Positions 1 to 11,665 of a stretch of DNA of 64,000 nucleotides are shown piece after piece (the stretch's first letter is position 1; every line of letters begins with the position of its first letter). The stretch spans positions 14,720 through 78,719 of the IMG/VR virus record IMGVR_UViG_3300035661_000045; one strand, given 5' to 3'. Made by a program: the position numbers and the translations under genes. The notes beneath the pieces are model-generated. The model searched no databases, was not told the origin of the DNA, and saw nothing but the letters and a program-made list of their open reading frames with translations. This DNA is from a virus.

Positions 1-2
1 TT

Positions 3-197
3 GGTTTGTATATTGAGTCAGAAGAACCTGTTTGTTCTCACTGTGGTAGTAGTCATTTAAAATTAGCATCAGAGTATTATACTCAAACGAATAAATATAA
101 AGTATATCGTTGTGATTGTGGAGCTTTAAGCAGAGTTAGACAATCATCTACCGATAAAAAAATAAGACATAACTTAACAATAAGTTTAGGAAAATAA
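3..197 (+). CDS. C-terminal end (Zn ribbon) of a probable RNase H-like/3'-5' exonuclease; 5'-truncated by the window edge
   Basis: CSHCGS...YRCDCG Zn ribbon like the C-termini of phage YprB/RNase_H_2 exonucleases; frame is open to the window start; TAA overlaps next ATG (TAATG). Confidence 0.55.
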   Translation, partial: GLYIESEEPVCSHCGSSHLKLASEYYTQTNKYKVYRCDCGALSRVRQSSTDKKIRHNLTISLGK

Positions 198-982
198 TGG
201 CAAAAACATATAGCGAAATGGTCTATCTCCTTATGGATGAGGCACATGTATTCTCTGACGATTCAGTTTGAGAAAATGAACATTTCATAGTTATTTTAAA
301 TAAAATGCGAAGTTTATTATTTAATCAAAAATACAAAGGCAAAAAGGTAGAAATACCTTTTGCTTGGTATCAGAGATTAAATGTTTATTTCGACACTTCT
401 TACAGCGATGGGAGTATATATAAATCATTAAAACAGCTTCCAAATATATTAGACACTACTAATTTATGGCAATATACATTTGTTCATAATGATGGAATGC
501 GTTCAAATAATCTTAACTTTATAAATCCACAAAGATTTAAAAATGTAGGTTACAATAAATGATTGAAAAATCAAGTTTATATAACTATAGACTTAGATAA
601 TTATATGTATGCTAAAAGTCCTGGCACTAATCTTGATAATGCAGTACAACTTTTGGGAGAGTCTGATATTACAACATCAGATACAAATTATTTATTAACA
701 GGAGAAAATGGTTTAGATCAATTAGTAACAGAAAATTTAGTGGACTCATTTGTTTATTATGATACCATTCTTGATAATCCAATAGAAGGGTATAGATTTA
801 ATGATGACAATACACTTGACATGTTAAACTTCATATTTCCATGTGAGGAATCATTAATTCAACCAATTATAGACCTATGTCTAAAAGAAATTGGAGTTAC
901 TGATAGTATTCCAAGGGATGTAACAAATAATGCATTTGATGATTTAGGTGCAACAAAACAACAACAACAACAACAAAACTAA
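197..982 (+). CDS. crAss-like tail ring/structural protein, 261 aa (TGA=Trp)
   Basis: ATG197 is in frame with track ORFs 305 and 563; TGA at 269 and 560 (VGYNK-W-LKNQVY); ends TAA; C-terminal FPCEESLI..IIDL...PRDVTNNA resembles crAss-like tail ring proteins. Confidence 0.75.
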
Positions 983-1560
983 TGGAGCAATCACTTGAAG
1001 ATTATTTTAAAGAGGTTAAGAATGTTCATAGTGATAGAAAACATAAAATAACTGGAAGTCAGAATACAATAGCTGGCTTTCATTATTATAGAAAGATTAG
1101 ACCCAAAGAAAAGTCATTTACATTATTAGATAAAGAATATCTTTCTATCATAAGAGAAATGAACAATCTAGTTGTAGATTATCTTATTGAGAATAAATCA
1201 ATTAGACTTCCATCAGGATTTGGAAAAATTGAGATATGTAAGATAGAAAATAAATCTTGAATAAACGATGATGGAAAATTTATTACAAATAAACCTGTAG
1301 ACATAAATAGTACATTAAAACTATGGTATGAGGATGAGGAATCTAGAATTAATAAAAGTCTTATAAGATTTGACGAAGAATATACTTTTAGAATTAAGTA
1401 TCCACGAAAGGGAAGATCATATGAATATAATAACTATTTCTCTATACAATTTAATAGACAATTAAGAAAAAAATTATCACTTGCCATTAATACTGGTAAT
1501 TATGATACATATTTAAAACAATCAAAATCAAAATGGCTAAAGCAAAATGGACGAATCTAA
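982..1560 (+). CDS. IHF/HU-like protein of the crAss-like structural module, 192 aa (TGA=Trp)
   Basis: Frame continues past TGA1258 to TAA1560; IRLPSGFGKIEI (HU-like) followed by PVDINSTLKLWYEDEE and FNRQLRKKLS motifs. Confidence 0.7.
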
Positions 1561-2252
1561 AAATCGTCGCAGATAAGATATTAAGAGATCCAATTTTCAT
1601 TGGATTAAATTTCGAAACTATAGTTGATTATTTTATTGACTTTATAACCATTGTTGGAGTTCCAGAATTGTTTGATGAAAAATTTACTAATACTGAGATT
1701 GCAATTGTAGATTATAGAGCTGTTTTACCAGATGACTTCCTTGAGGAGATTACCGTACAAATAGACCATAAAGTTGCAAGAACAGCAACAGATACTTATT
1801 TTGGAAATTATAAAGAGTATGAAGATACTAGTCCAAATGAATATTTTCCAGATAAACGATCAGAACCTACATATAAAATTAAAGGTGGATATATATATTT
1901 ATCAAAGAAAGAGGGTAATCTTCTTTTAAAATACAAATGTATAGCAACTGAAACTGATACAACTTCTGAGGATTATGGAATTCCATTAATGCCAGATGAT
2001 CCAGTATTCATTCTTGCATTACAATCATACATAGAGGTTCAATTCTTGAAGATGTTATTTAGGGCTGGTAAGATTAATAGTCAAGTCTTACAAATGGCAA
2101 ATCAAGATTATGCATGGAATGTAGGTCGATATGAGACTCATAGCAGGCGTTTGACTTATGGGGATATGGAAACACTATCTCGTCAATTTAAATCCATTCT
2201 TACACGTAACAGTGAGTTTAAAACAAGGTTTTCTCACTTAGGTAATCGTTAA
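1533..2252 (+). CDS. Tail tubular/ring protein (crAss-like)
   Basis: 239-aa ORF; TYKIKGGYIYLS..EG...KY, G.PLMPDD, A.QDYAW.VG motifs; lies just upstream of the tail stabilisation gene. Confidence 0.75.
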   Translation: MAKAKWTNLKIVADKILRDPIFIGLNFETIVDYFIDFITIVGVPELFDEKFTNTEIAIVDYRAVLPDDFLEEITVQIDHKVARTATDTYFGNYKEYEDTSPNEYFPDKRSEPTYKIKGGYIYLSKKEGNLLLKYKCIATETDTTSEDYGIPLMPDDPVFILALQSYIEVQFLKMLFRAGKINSQVLQMANQDYAWNVGRYETHSRRLTYGDMETLSRQFKSILTRNSEFKTRFSHLGNR

Positions 2253-2257
2253 TAGCC

Positions 2258-2635
2258 ATGCAAATAAAATCAACCGTTTATAAAATTAAAGGAATGAGAC
2301 GTGATGATTCATACTCAGCCTTTAATTCAGAATTTTCATGAGACAATCACAATATACGACTTACAGCAAGAGATGGTAATGATTTTTTGAGTATTACTAA
2401 TGAAAAAGGTAATTCACAATTATCGTTTAATGAAATAACTCCTATAAAGGAGGTAAATTATTCATATACATCATCTTTGTTGAATTATTTATTAGAGTCA
2501 GTATTAAACTCATATGTATATTCACCTTTATTAACAAACTATATAATGGAACAAACGGAAGGTGGAGTTGGCTTACCAGCATATACATATAATAGTTTAT
2601 TAGAAAATTATTTATTAGAACAAACAAATATATAA
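2258..2635 (+). CDS. N-terminal fragment of tail stabilisation (muzzle) protein with a novel repeat-containing tail, 125 aa (TGA=Trp)
   Basis: MQIKSTVYKIKGMRRDDSYSAFNSEFS-W-DNHNIRLTARDGNDFLSITNEKGN matches the N-terminus I recall for crAss-like Tstab proteins; three YxYxxLLxNYLLE-type repeats follow, then TAA. Confidence 0.7.
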
Positions 2636-2636
2636 T

Positions 2637-3212
2637 ATGGCATATCAAAATGATGGATATAAAAGATCCATGAAAATACAAATAACAAAACATCCTGATA
2701 ATGGTTCTCCTGATACTATTATAATTGAGGATGGTCAATTAGCGTTTACACATAGTGGAATTACATATATATCATATGCTGGAAATGATGATGGATTTAG
2801 AAGGTTAACTCATACAGAAGCAGATGATGGTGAGTGAGATAATAGACTATATGCATTTAAGCAGTATATTCAAAATAAATACTCAATTTCTGATCCTGGA
2901 TTATATGAATCTATTACAGGACTTCCATATAGAATTAAAGCTCTAAATATATCAATATCAATTTCCGATGTAATAGGACAACAGGGATATATTTATGCAT
3001 ATACATCAGATTCAGTTCCAGATACCCTAACTATTAATGTAAAAGGAGCAGATAATTCTAATATAATTATGACAATAGTTTCTGGTGATAAACAATCTCA
3101 AAACGTTCAGTTAACATCAAGTCAAGGTTCTAATGTTATTGACTTATCAAGTCCAACAGTATCTCCGTATGAAACATTAAATGCAACTTATTCAGTATCA
3201 ATAGTTAAATAA
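2637..3212 (+). CDS. Hypothetical beta-rich virion accessory protein, 191 aa (TGA=Trp), between the two muzzle fragments
   Basis: ATG2637; TGA2835 read through; open to TAA3210-3212; S/T/I/V-rich C-terminal half. Confidence 0.65.
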
Positions 3213-3216
3213 TAAT

Positions 3217-6200
3217 ATGTCTAATATAATAGGAAAAGCTATTGGAAGTTGTGTTATTAATGAATATTTAATTTTATTTACTACTGACAATTCTTCTGAT
3301 AGAATATACAAAATAAAACCACCCAATGATAGTGGTGTATCTGACATCATTAAATTGGTTGAGTTAAAACTTGGTTTTAATGAAAATTATTTAATTCAAA
3401 CACTTCCATTCTATGAAAACGATAATATTCAAAAAGTTTATTGAATTGATGGGTTAAATCAGCCAAGAGTTATAAATATAGCAATTGATGATGGTAGAAT
3501 ATTTAATTACACTAATACATCTTTTAACTTCGTTCAGAATCTTGAATTAAATGAAACTTATCAGATAACAAAATTATATAACACTGGGTTATTTAAATCT
3601 GGTGTTATTCAATATGCAGCAACTTATTTTAATAAGAATGGTTCTGAATCTAATTTATTTTGGATTAGTGACATTAATTATATATCATTTGAAAATAGAG
3701 CTGGAAAGATTGATGAAGTTGTTAGAAATGCTTTTAAAATAAGTATAAGTAACCTTGATGATAAATTTGACTATGTTAGAATTTATTCTATATATAGGAC
3801 TTCAGTAGATACAACTCCAGAAGTAAAAAGTGTTATTGATTTAAAAATTCCAGATAATAAATCAATAACTTATGTTGATGGAGGAACATCTGGATCTATA
3901 ATATCTACAGATTTCTTATTATATGTTGGAGGAGAGGAATTAATACCTCAATGTATATCTCAGAAAAATAATACATTATTTCTTGGAAACATATCTTTAC
4001 CAAATGCAATTACTATTCCATCGACATTACAAACTTATGGAGATGATATTATAGCTACTGGAGTACCAGTTCATAATTCAAAATTTACTTGGGAAACTAA
4101 TAATATTGATTTTGAAGGATTGTCAAAACCAACGGGAAACTCAATGTATCCTTATTTACCATTTAATTCAAATATAAAACATTTTAAATTTGATGAGACA
4201 TATAGATTTGGATTACAAGGACAATTCTCTAGTGGCAAGTGATCAACTCCAATATGATTAGGATATGACAATAAGGTAGATAAAAGATATTCTACATATT
4301 ATGATAATAATGGTAGGGTTAAATTGTCATATATAACTGGTAAATATTCTATTGCTGAAAATTTAGTTCAATGAATGTCTAAGTCGCAACTTGAGGGTGG
4401 GCTTGGATTTTCAAAGATTAGACCAGTAATGGTTCCATTAAATTATTCTGATAGAACTATAATTGCTCAAGGTATTGTAAATAATACTCTTGGTAATATG
4501 CGAAATAGATTTGGGTCTAATAAATTAAACTTACCATTTACATATCCAGATTATTTATTTAGAACAAATGGAAAGCGTAAAACATCTTACTTAAATAGCG
4601 ATGCATATAATGGACAGTATGCTCATTTTGATTTATTAAAATTAAATAACACCTTACAACCAGAGTTGCCATGGAATGATCCAAATAGATGAATTGAAAA
4701 TATGGCTAATGGAGATACATGGGATTATCACGATATAAATCATAATGGAACATCTCCAGATGGAAGTGTACAATCAACACCTTTTGATGGAAAATTTGAT
4801 AGAGATTTCTTTTTTGTTGATAGAAATATTGTAAATTTTTGGAGTCCAGATTTAATTAATAATACTGATATTTTAAATAGTTACGTAAAAAATGTTCAAT
4901 CAGTTGGATTGTATGGATTTGCATTTCAAACAGCATTAAATTCAAATTTTGAAATTGATTTTGGTGATATAACAAATGCTACTGGATCTGATCCAATAAC
5001 TGATCATGAAAATAATTATTATATAGGAAATAATTATCTAAATAATAGATATTGGAAAAGAACATTTCCACTGCTTAAAGGAGTTCCAGAAAACGATGGT
5101 GGATTAAAGGATAAGGATTACATGTGAAATAATATACCAATATGAAGTCCAAAAGATTATGTAATTAGAGTTCCATCAAGAAATCCAGGAATTGCTCCAG
5201 CAGTTTATACAGTTAATTTTACTAAATTAAATAAATCAGGATATAATTATTTTGGATTAAATAGAACTATAAAAAATGATTTTTCAGATTATAAATATAA
5301 TATTAATAATCCATATTTAGTATTTAATGATTCGACATTATTTTATAAAAGTAATTCTATTGATAACACATTAAATAATGGAAGTATATTATACTCTAAA
5401 TATGTAGAAAAAAATTATCCATCAGATAGTTATTTTAATACAGTAAAATTTTCAGGTAATTCAAATCATCTAGAATTACAATATAAATACATAAAGGGTT
5501 GAGAAGAAATAACAGACCCCGTTCCAGTGAAACTTGGATTATCAATTAAGTATAATACTAATACTCATGCATTATTTTCTTTTGGATTAAAGAATAATAA
5601 ATTTAGTTGTATGCCTAGGTTGCAGAATAATACTCCACTAGATAGTGTATCTTATGAGGATTTTCAAAATCCAGTAAATACTGATTGGTATAGGGTTAAG
5701 TCTGCTGATTTTAGAACTGATATAATAAGTAGGAATTCGTTAAGTGATCCTATGTCTATCAATGATAATACTAGTCTTAATACATTACCAATATTTGATT
5801 TATATAGCAATGTGACTAGTGATACTAGATATGGAGGATTAACTGCTGATGCACTTTATAGTAACACATGAATACCTTGTGGAGATTCCATTAAAATTGG
5901 TGATAATGCTGTAGATTTAAAATATACTATTGGTGATACATATATTAGTAGATTTGATATGCTAAGGGTATTTCCAAATGACATATTACAAATACCACAA
6001 CATACAGAAATAGTTTCATTTATATGTGAATCGTTTACTAATTCAGATGGAAGAAGTGATGTAAATAGATATAATTCTGATAGTTCTTTAATGACTACAT
6101 CTAATTATGGATTATTCAATAATGTATATTCCCAGAAGAATAATTATTTTAGTTATAATATATTAGATCCATTATTATTTAATACGACTAATTTTAGCAA

Positions 6201-7287
6201 TACTATAATTTGGAGTAAAACTAAAATTGCTGGTTCTATAAATGATGCATGGACTAATCTAAATATGCTGAGTTCGATTGATTTAGATGGAGTATATGGA
6301 GATATATCTTCAATAAATCTATTTAACAACGATTTATATGCATTTCAACCTAAAGGTATAGCTAGACTATTATTTAACGAAAGAGTTCAACAGCAATCAT
6401 CTGATGGAGTTTCCGTAGAGCTTACTAATGGTTATAAAGTTCCAGAATATAGATATCTAACAAATCAATATGGATGTAATAATAAATGGTCAATAATTGA
6501 AGGTAAACAAGGCATTTATTTCATAGATTATATCAATAAATCATTAGTATCTATTGGTAATGGAATTAAAGATTTAGGATTATCACTTGGATTTAAATCA
6601 TGGTTTAACGAGAATACTGATGGAAAAAATTATACTCTATCTTATGATAGAATTAATAATGATATTTATATTCATGATGAAACTAATTGTTTAAACTATT
6701 CTGAAACTCTTGGAACTTTCGTATCATTCTTTGATTATATTGACATTCCTCAGATGAGGAATGTTTGAGATAACTTTATATCATTAAGTTATAGTGATAC
6801 ACAAGGAAATACTACTCAATTATTTTCTGAGGATGATTTAAACAATGTTGTAGATGAGTTTGAAAATAATATAGTGTCTGAAGATTCTGATTTAAATAGA
6901 ACTTCTATATGGCTTCATAACAAAGGTGAATATAATATGTTCTATGGTAATCAAAAACCATTTAGCATTGAGTATATATTAAATCCAGAGCCATTAAATG
7001 ATAAGGTATTTAATACATTTGAATATAGACTTAATGACCAATTAATTGATTTGAATAATGTTGTAGTATCTAATTGGTATCAAATTGGTGAATTGAATTC
7101 AAATCAATTTAAATCCAATATGAAACGTAAGTTTAATGTTAATAGAGTTCAATTACCAAGACAGAGTAATTCTTTAAATAGAATACGATCAACATGGTCT
7201 AAATTAAAAGTATCTCATGAGATAACTGATATCAATATTAATAATAAATTTGATATGCAAGATTTGAATATCACTTATACTATTTAA
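3217..7287 (+). CDS. Tail stabilisation / muzzle protein, main body, 1356 aa (TGA=Trp)
   Basis: Six track ORFs share one frame and are separated only by TGA (10 in total). Motifs KVY-W-IDGLNQPRVINI, QKNNTLFLGNI, YRFGLQ..SGK-W-STPI-W-LG, W-IPCG, GDTYISRFD, YLTNQYGCNNKWSI, NRIRSTWSKLK. Confidence 0.9.
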
Positions 7288-7291
7288 AAAT

Positions 7292-7332
7292 ATACCCTTT
7301 ATATATTAATTTATATAGAGGGTATTTTTTTT
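7292..7332 (+). terminator. Rho-independent terminator
   Basis: ATACCCTTTATATA / TATATAGAGGGTAT hairpin followed by a T run directly after stop 7287. Confidence 0.85.
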
Positions 7333-7341
7333 ATTATAAAT

Positions 7342-7373
7342 TTTGGTAATCTCATATATTAATTGTACCTTTG
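7342..7373 (+). promoter_or_regulatory. Bacteroidota primary-sigma promoter (-33 TTTG, -7 TACCTTTG)
   Basis: TTTG at 7342-7345, 20-nt spacer, TAnnTTTG at 7366-7373; located between a terminator and ATG7431. Confidence 0.8.
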
Positions 7374-7430
7374 TCAAGATTTATAAAAATTTGACAAAAA
7401 TCAATTAAAACAATATATAAATGCTTAATT

Positions 7431-9809
7431 ATGGCAATTAAAAAGAAGTTAAATAAATTTGTAGTTCCACAAGAATATGATCAATCAGTTATATTTGCAA
7501 GAGGTGGTAATCTATATGGAGTTGGTGATTACTTATCTATCCCAACTACCGGCGTTAATGTAACTGGCGGGCCAGATATGTCAAAGCTACTCACAGAAGC
7601 TCCGGCCAAACTTTTATCTTCCAATAAAGGTGGTGCTGCATCTTCTGGTCTTTCTGCTGCTGGAGTATTAGGAGCACTTCCTGGAGCTATGGGATTAATG
7701 AATAGTACTATTAAAGATTTTGATACTTCTGGAATTGGTAAAGAAGTTACTGGTACTAATGACATGACACGTAATGATATTTTAAATACAAACGTAAACG
7801 TAGATGCTCAACAAAAAGGATTTGGTGCTATTGCTGGAGATGCTGCAAGTGCAGCTATGGCTGGTATGCAAGTAGCTGGTCCATGAGGAGCTCTTGCTGG
7901 ATTAGTTCCAATAGCTACTGGAATTTTTGGTAATCAAGCTAAAGAAGATAAAGCTAAATTAGCTGAACAACAATGAACAAATAATTTACAAGCTAAGAAT
8001 AGACAATTTCAAGGTCAAGATTTAAGAACAAGTATGGCGAATTTTAGCGCAAATGGTGGTGATTTATTCGCTTATGGGGGCAATATGAAGTCACAGTTAA
8101 CTTCCTTTGATTCAGGAGGTTCGCATGAATCCAATCCAAATTCTGGTATAATGCAGGGAACTGGTGCTAATGGTCAACCAAATCTGGTAGAACAAGGTGA
8201 AACTAAACATGATGATTATATATTTTCTGATAGACTTAAAATTAATCCTGAAATTACCAAACAATTTAAATTACCAGCAGGATTAAATGGAAAGACATTT
8301 GCTGCTGCATCTAAATATTTAAATAAAGAAGCTAAAGAACGTCCTAATGATCCAATAAGTAATAATGCGATAAAAGCTCAATTAGCTAAATTAACTGCTG
8401 CTCAAGAAGGTTTAAAAGAGCAAATGCAGCATCAACAGCAACAGCAAGGCATTCCAATGCAAGGACAACAGCCTATGCAACAGAATCCTATTCAAACACA
8501 ACAATTACAACAGCCACAAGGACAACAACAAGAACAACCGCAAGATAATACAATGGAAGATGGTTCACAGCAATTTAAGTTTGGCGGATACAAACCAAGC
8601 AAATCTGTTAGTGCAGATAATAAGATGGCGCTATTAATGAGTGCTGTTCAAAAAATGATTTCTCAAGGTATGTCCCAAGAAGATATTGAGATGCAACTTC
8701 AGAAAACTGGAATATCAGCAGATCAGGCAGATCAAATAGTTTTGTCAGCAATGCAACAAATGAAAGGTCAGCAACAGCCACAATCGCAGCCACAGCAACA
8801 GGGAATACCTATGGGAGGACAGCAATTTGCTTATGGTGGAGACCAAACTCATTATCAAAATCCAACATTACAAGGCGCTAATATAGGTGCAATGGGTGGT
8901 AATATATATGATGGAGTTCAAAATCAAACATCATTTATGAATGTTCAAGATAAAAATAGAAGTGATGTATTTACTAATACATACGACCAAGCTCCATATA
9001 TTCAATCATTACCTACGGTTCTAAATGCATTTTCACCAACTGGTTCTGCTGGTTCGAAATTTATTCAACAACAAAATCAATTAGGTAATATAGTTGCTGG
9101 TCAAAACGCATATATGAATTCTAATTTGCAACCTAAATCATATAATAATGTTGTTAATAATAATTCTACTGACTTTTCAAGATATGCACCAGTATTTGCA
9201 AATATAGCAACAGGAATTTCTGATATGTTTGAACAACCTGAAGTAGTTAAGTATGGTAGAATAAGTCCAGAGCATAATACAGCACACATGGATTATCAGC
9301 CAATAGATACCGAATGGATGAATAATAAAATGAATGCTACATATGCTGGAACTAGAGACCAAATGATTAATAATGCAAGTGGAAATAGAGCAATAGCAAT
9401 GACTGGTTTATCTGGTATTAATCAACAGCAACAAAATGCAATAGGTGAAGCATATTTAAAGAGTCAAGATATGAATTATCAAAGACGTAATCAAGCAACT
9501 CAATTTAATGCTAGTGTTGAAGCTCAAAATGTTGCTGCACAAAATCAAGCACAACAAGCTAACCTTCAATTACAAATGCAAGAGATGGATGCTAATGCTC
9601 GTAATAGGGCTGCTAAACGCAATGCTGCAAGACAAGCTATATTAAATGCTGCAAGTAACATTGGTGATATTGGAAGAGAGAATTGGGCTCAAAAAACTGG
9701 TGCTCAAATGACTGGATATTCAACTGATAATTCAACTGGAATAATAACATATTCAGATGGATCTAAATATAAAAGAGATTCAAATGGTAATCTAATAAAA
9801 CAACAATAA
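7431..9809 (+). CDS. Virion cargo/ejection protein, 792 aa (TGA=Trp)
   Basis: Track ORFs 7431 and 8034 joined across 2 TGA (AGP-W-GALAG). Repeated F/YxxGG motifs, GGSHESNP..G and PNLVEQGET...YIFSDRL motifs, a G/A-rich hydrophobic segment and Q-rich low complexity. Confidence 0.8.
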
Positions 9810-9810
9810 T

Positions 9811-11664
9811 ATGCCTATAAGTGCTTACGATCAAATAAATTATGCTGCATACAAACCTTTATCTACTCAAGAAATTTGAGCTCCTGGTCAGGCTATTCGA
9901 GAACAGCAAGATAAACTTTCAGAAGAATATTCTAATGCAGAGCAGATTGCTCAACAAGGATTTTCTGGATTAGATCCAACAATAGATAAAGCTGCTATAG
10001 ATACTCAAAAACAATTTATGGATCAAACTAAAGCAGCAGCAGATGAATTAGCAACTAAAGGATTCATTGATTCTGGTAGACGTAGAAATTTATTACAATT
10101 AAAATCTATATATGCAAATCAAATAGTTCCACTACAAAATGCTTTAACTCAAAGAACTCAAAGAGCTGAAGAATATCGTAAACTTAGTATGGATAAGAAT
10201 AACATACTTGGAACTAATCCAAATGATGTATCATTAACTGACATTATTGGAAATCCAAATGCATTAAATTATAGTTTTTTAAGTGGTGCTCAAATGGCTA
10301 AAGATGTTGCTAATGAAGCTAAACCATTTGCTGATAGATTCAATAATAAAGATGTTAAAGATTATGGTGCTAAGGTTGGATTTGATCACTTACTTGCAAT
10401 AAGACAAGGAGTTGATCCGACAACAGTATTAGCCGCCATGAAAAATGATCCTAGAGTTATGGGTACTGAAGGTGGTAGAAAAGTGTATGAACAATTAGTT
10501 GGCATAGTAAATTCCGTTACTGATAGATATGGTTTGAAAAACATCGCTACTACACCAGAGGAGTATAATAGAGGTTGACAAATAGCATCATCTGGACTAT
10601 CTGAAGCTATAGGAAAGGTAACACCAATGCAAATGCATGATGATAAGGGAGCCTTTAATTACGAGCAATCATTAAAGAACAGTACAAAATCAAATCCAAT
10701 TATATTTGGGAATGATATGAATACAAAAATATTTGATGAAGGATACACCATGGATGATTTAAATAATATATCTGAACTTAAAACTCCAGAATTTAATAAT
10801 GATGGAAATTTCAAAAGAAAATTCAAAAGCTATTTCAATGTAATAAATAATTCGTATCTTCCAGATGTTGATTTTGGGGAAAAGTCTAGGGCAATTACAG
10901 ACGCATATAGATCTGCAAATCATTTACCATCAACAATGAATGATAAATCTGTTTTTGAAAAAATGCAATCTGATATTAAAACAAAAGATTTATTGATAAA
11001 CAAAGCTAAACAACATAATTATACTCCAATAGTAGATGTTCAGACTGGAAAGCAAATATTATCTACATTATTTTCTAATATACCATCTGCTGAATTCGTT
11101 GATTACACATCAGATTATAAGGGAGATTCTTCGACTGGAATAGACTATACAACAATAGCAAAAAGATCTGGATTTTCTAGTGGACAACAATTATTAGATT
11201 ATATGGATAAACATCCAGAATTAATATCAAAGAATAATACAGATGGTAGATTTATGATGCAAATACCATCTAATGTTAATGGTGTTGATAAACAGGGAAA
11301 TCTTACATTTAAAAATGATGTACCAGAATTTAAACACATAGGATTTGTTGATACAAACTCTCACAAAGTAAGTGTTAATGCTATTAGTAAAGTTAGAGAA
11401 AGAGAATCTGAAGGTAAACAAGACGAAGTAGAGGTGGCGTCTAGACAAGTTCAAAATAATGGAAGAATTTATACAATTAAATCATTTCATGATGGAAAGT
11501 CTAAAAAAATCATAGAACAATTATATGATAGTAATGGGAATAAAATTAAAACTCAAGAAGAATCTGTTGATGGATTTATAAATGATGAAAATCAAAATAT
11601 ATATCATGGAGAGATTTTAAATGCATACCAAATAGCACATCAAAAAGATAATAAATCAGAATAA
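9811..11664 (+). CDS. Virion cargo/ejection protein, 617 aa (TGA=Trp)
   Basis: ATG9811 in frame with 10018 and 10627; TGA at 9877 and 10576; N-terminal YKPLSTQEI-W-AP motif; ends TAA. Confidence 0.75.
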
Positions 11665-11665
11665 T

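Noticed and set aside
2410-3216. Muzzle interruption as a group I/II intron or intein
   Set aside because: No R/S or domain V-like elements seen; the segment is fully coding with coupled start/stop codons; it contains stops, so it is not an intein.
8410-8830. CAA/CAG-rich repeats as an array or CRISPR
   Set aside because: Coding poly-Gln low complexity; no repeat-spacer periodicity seen anywhere in the window.
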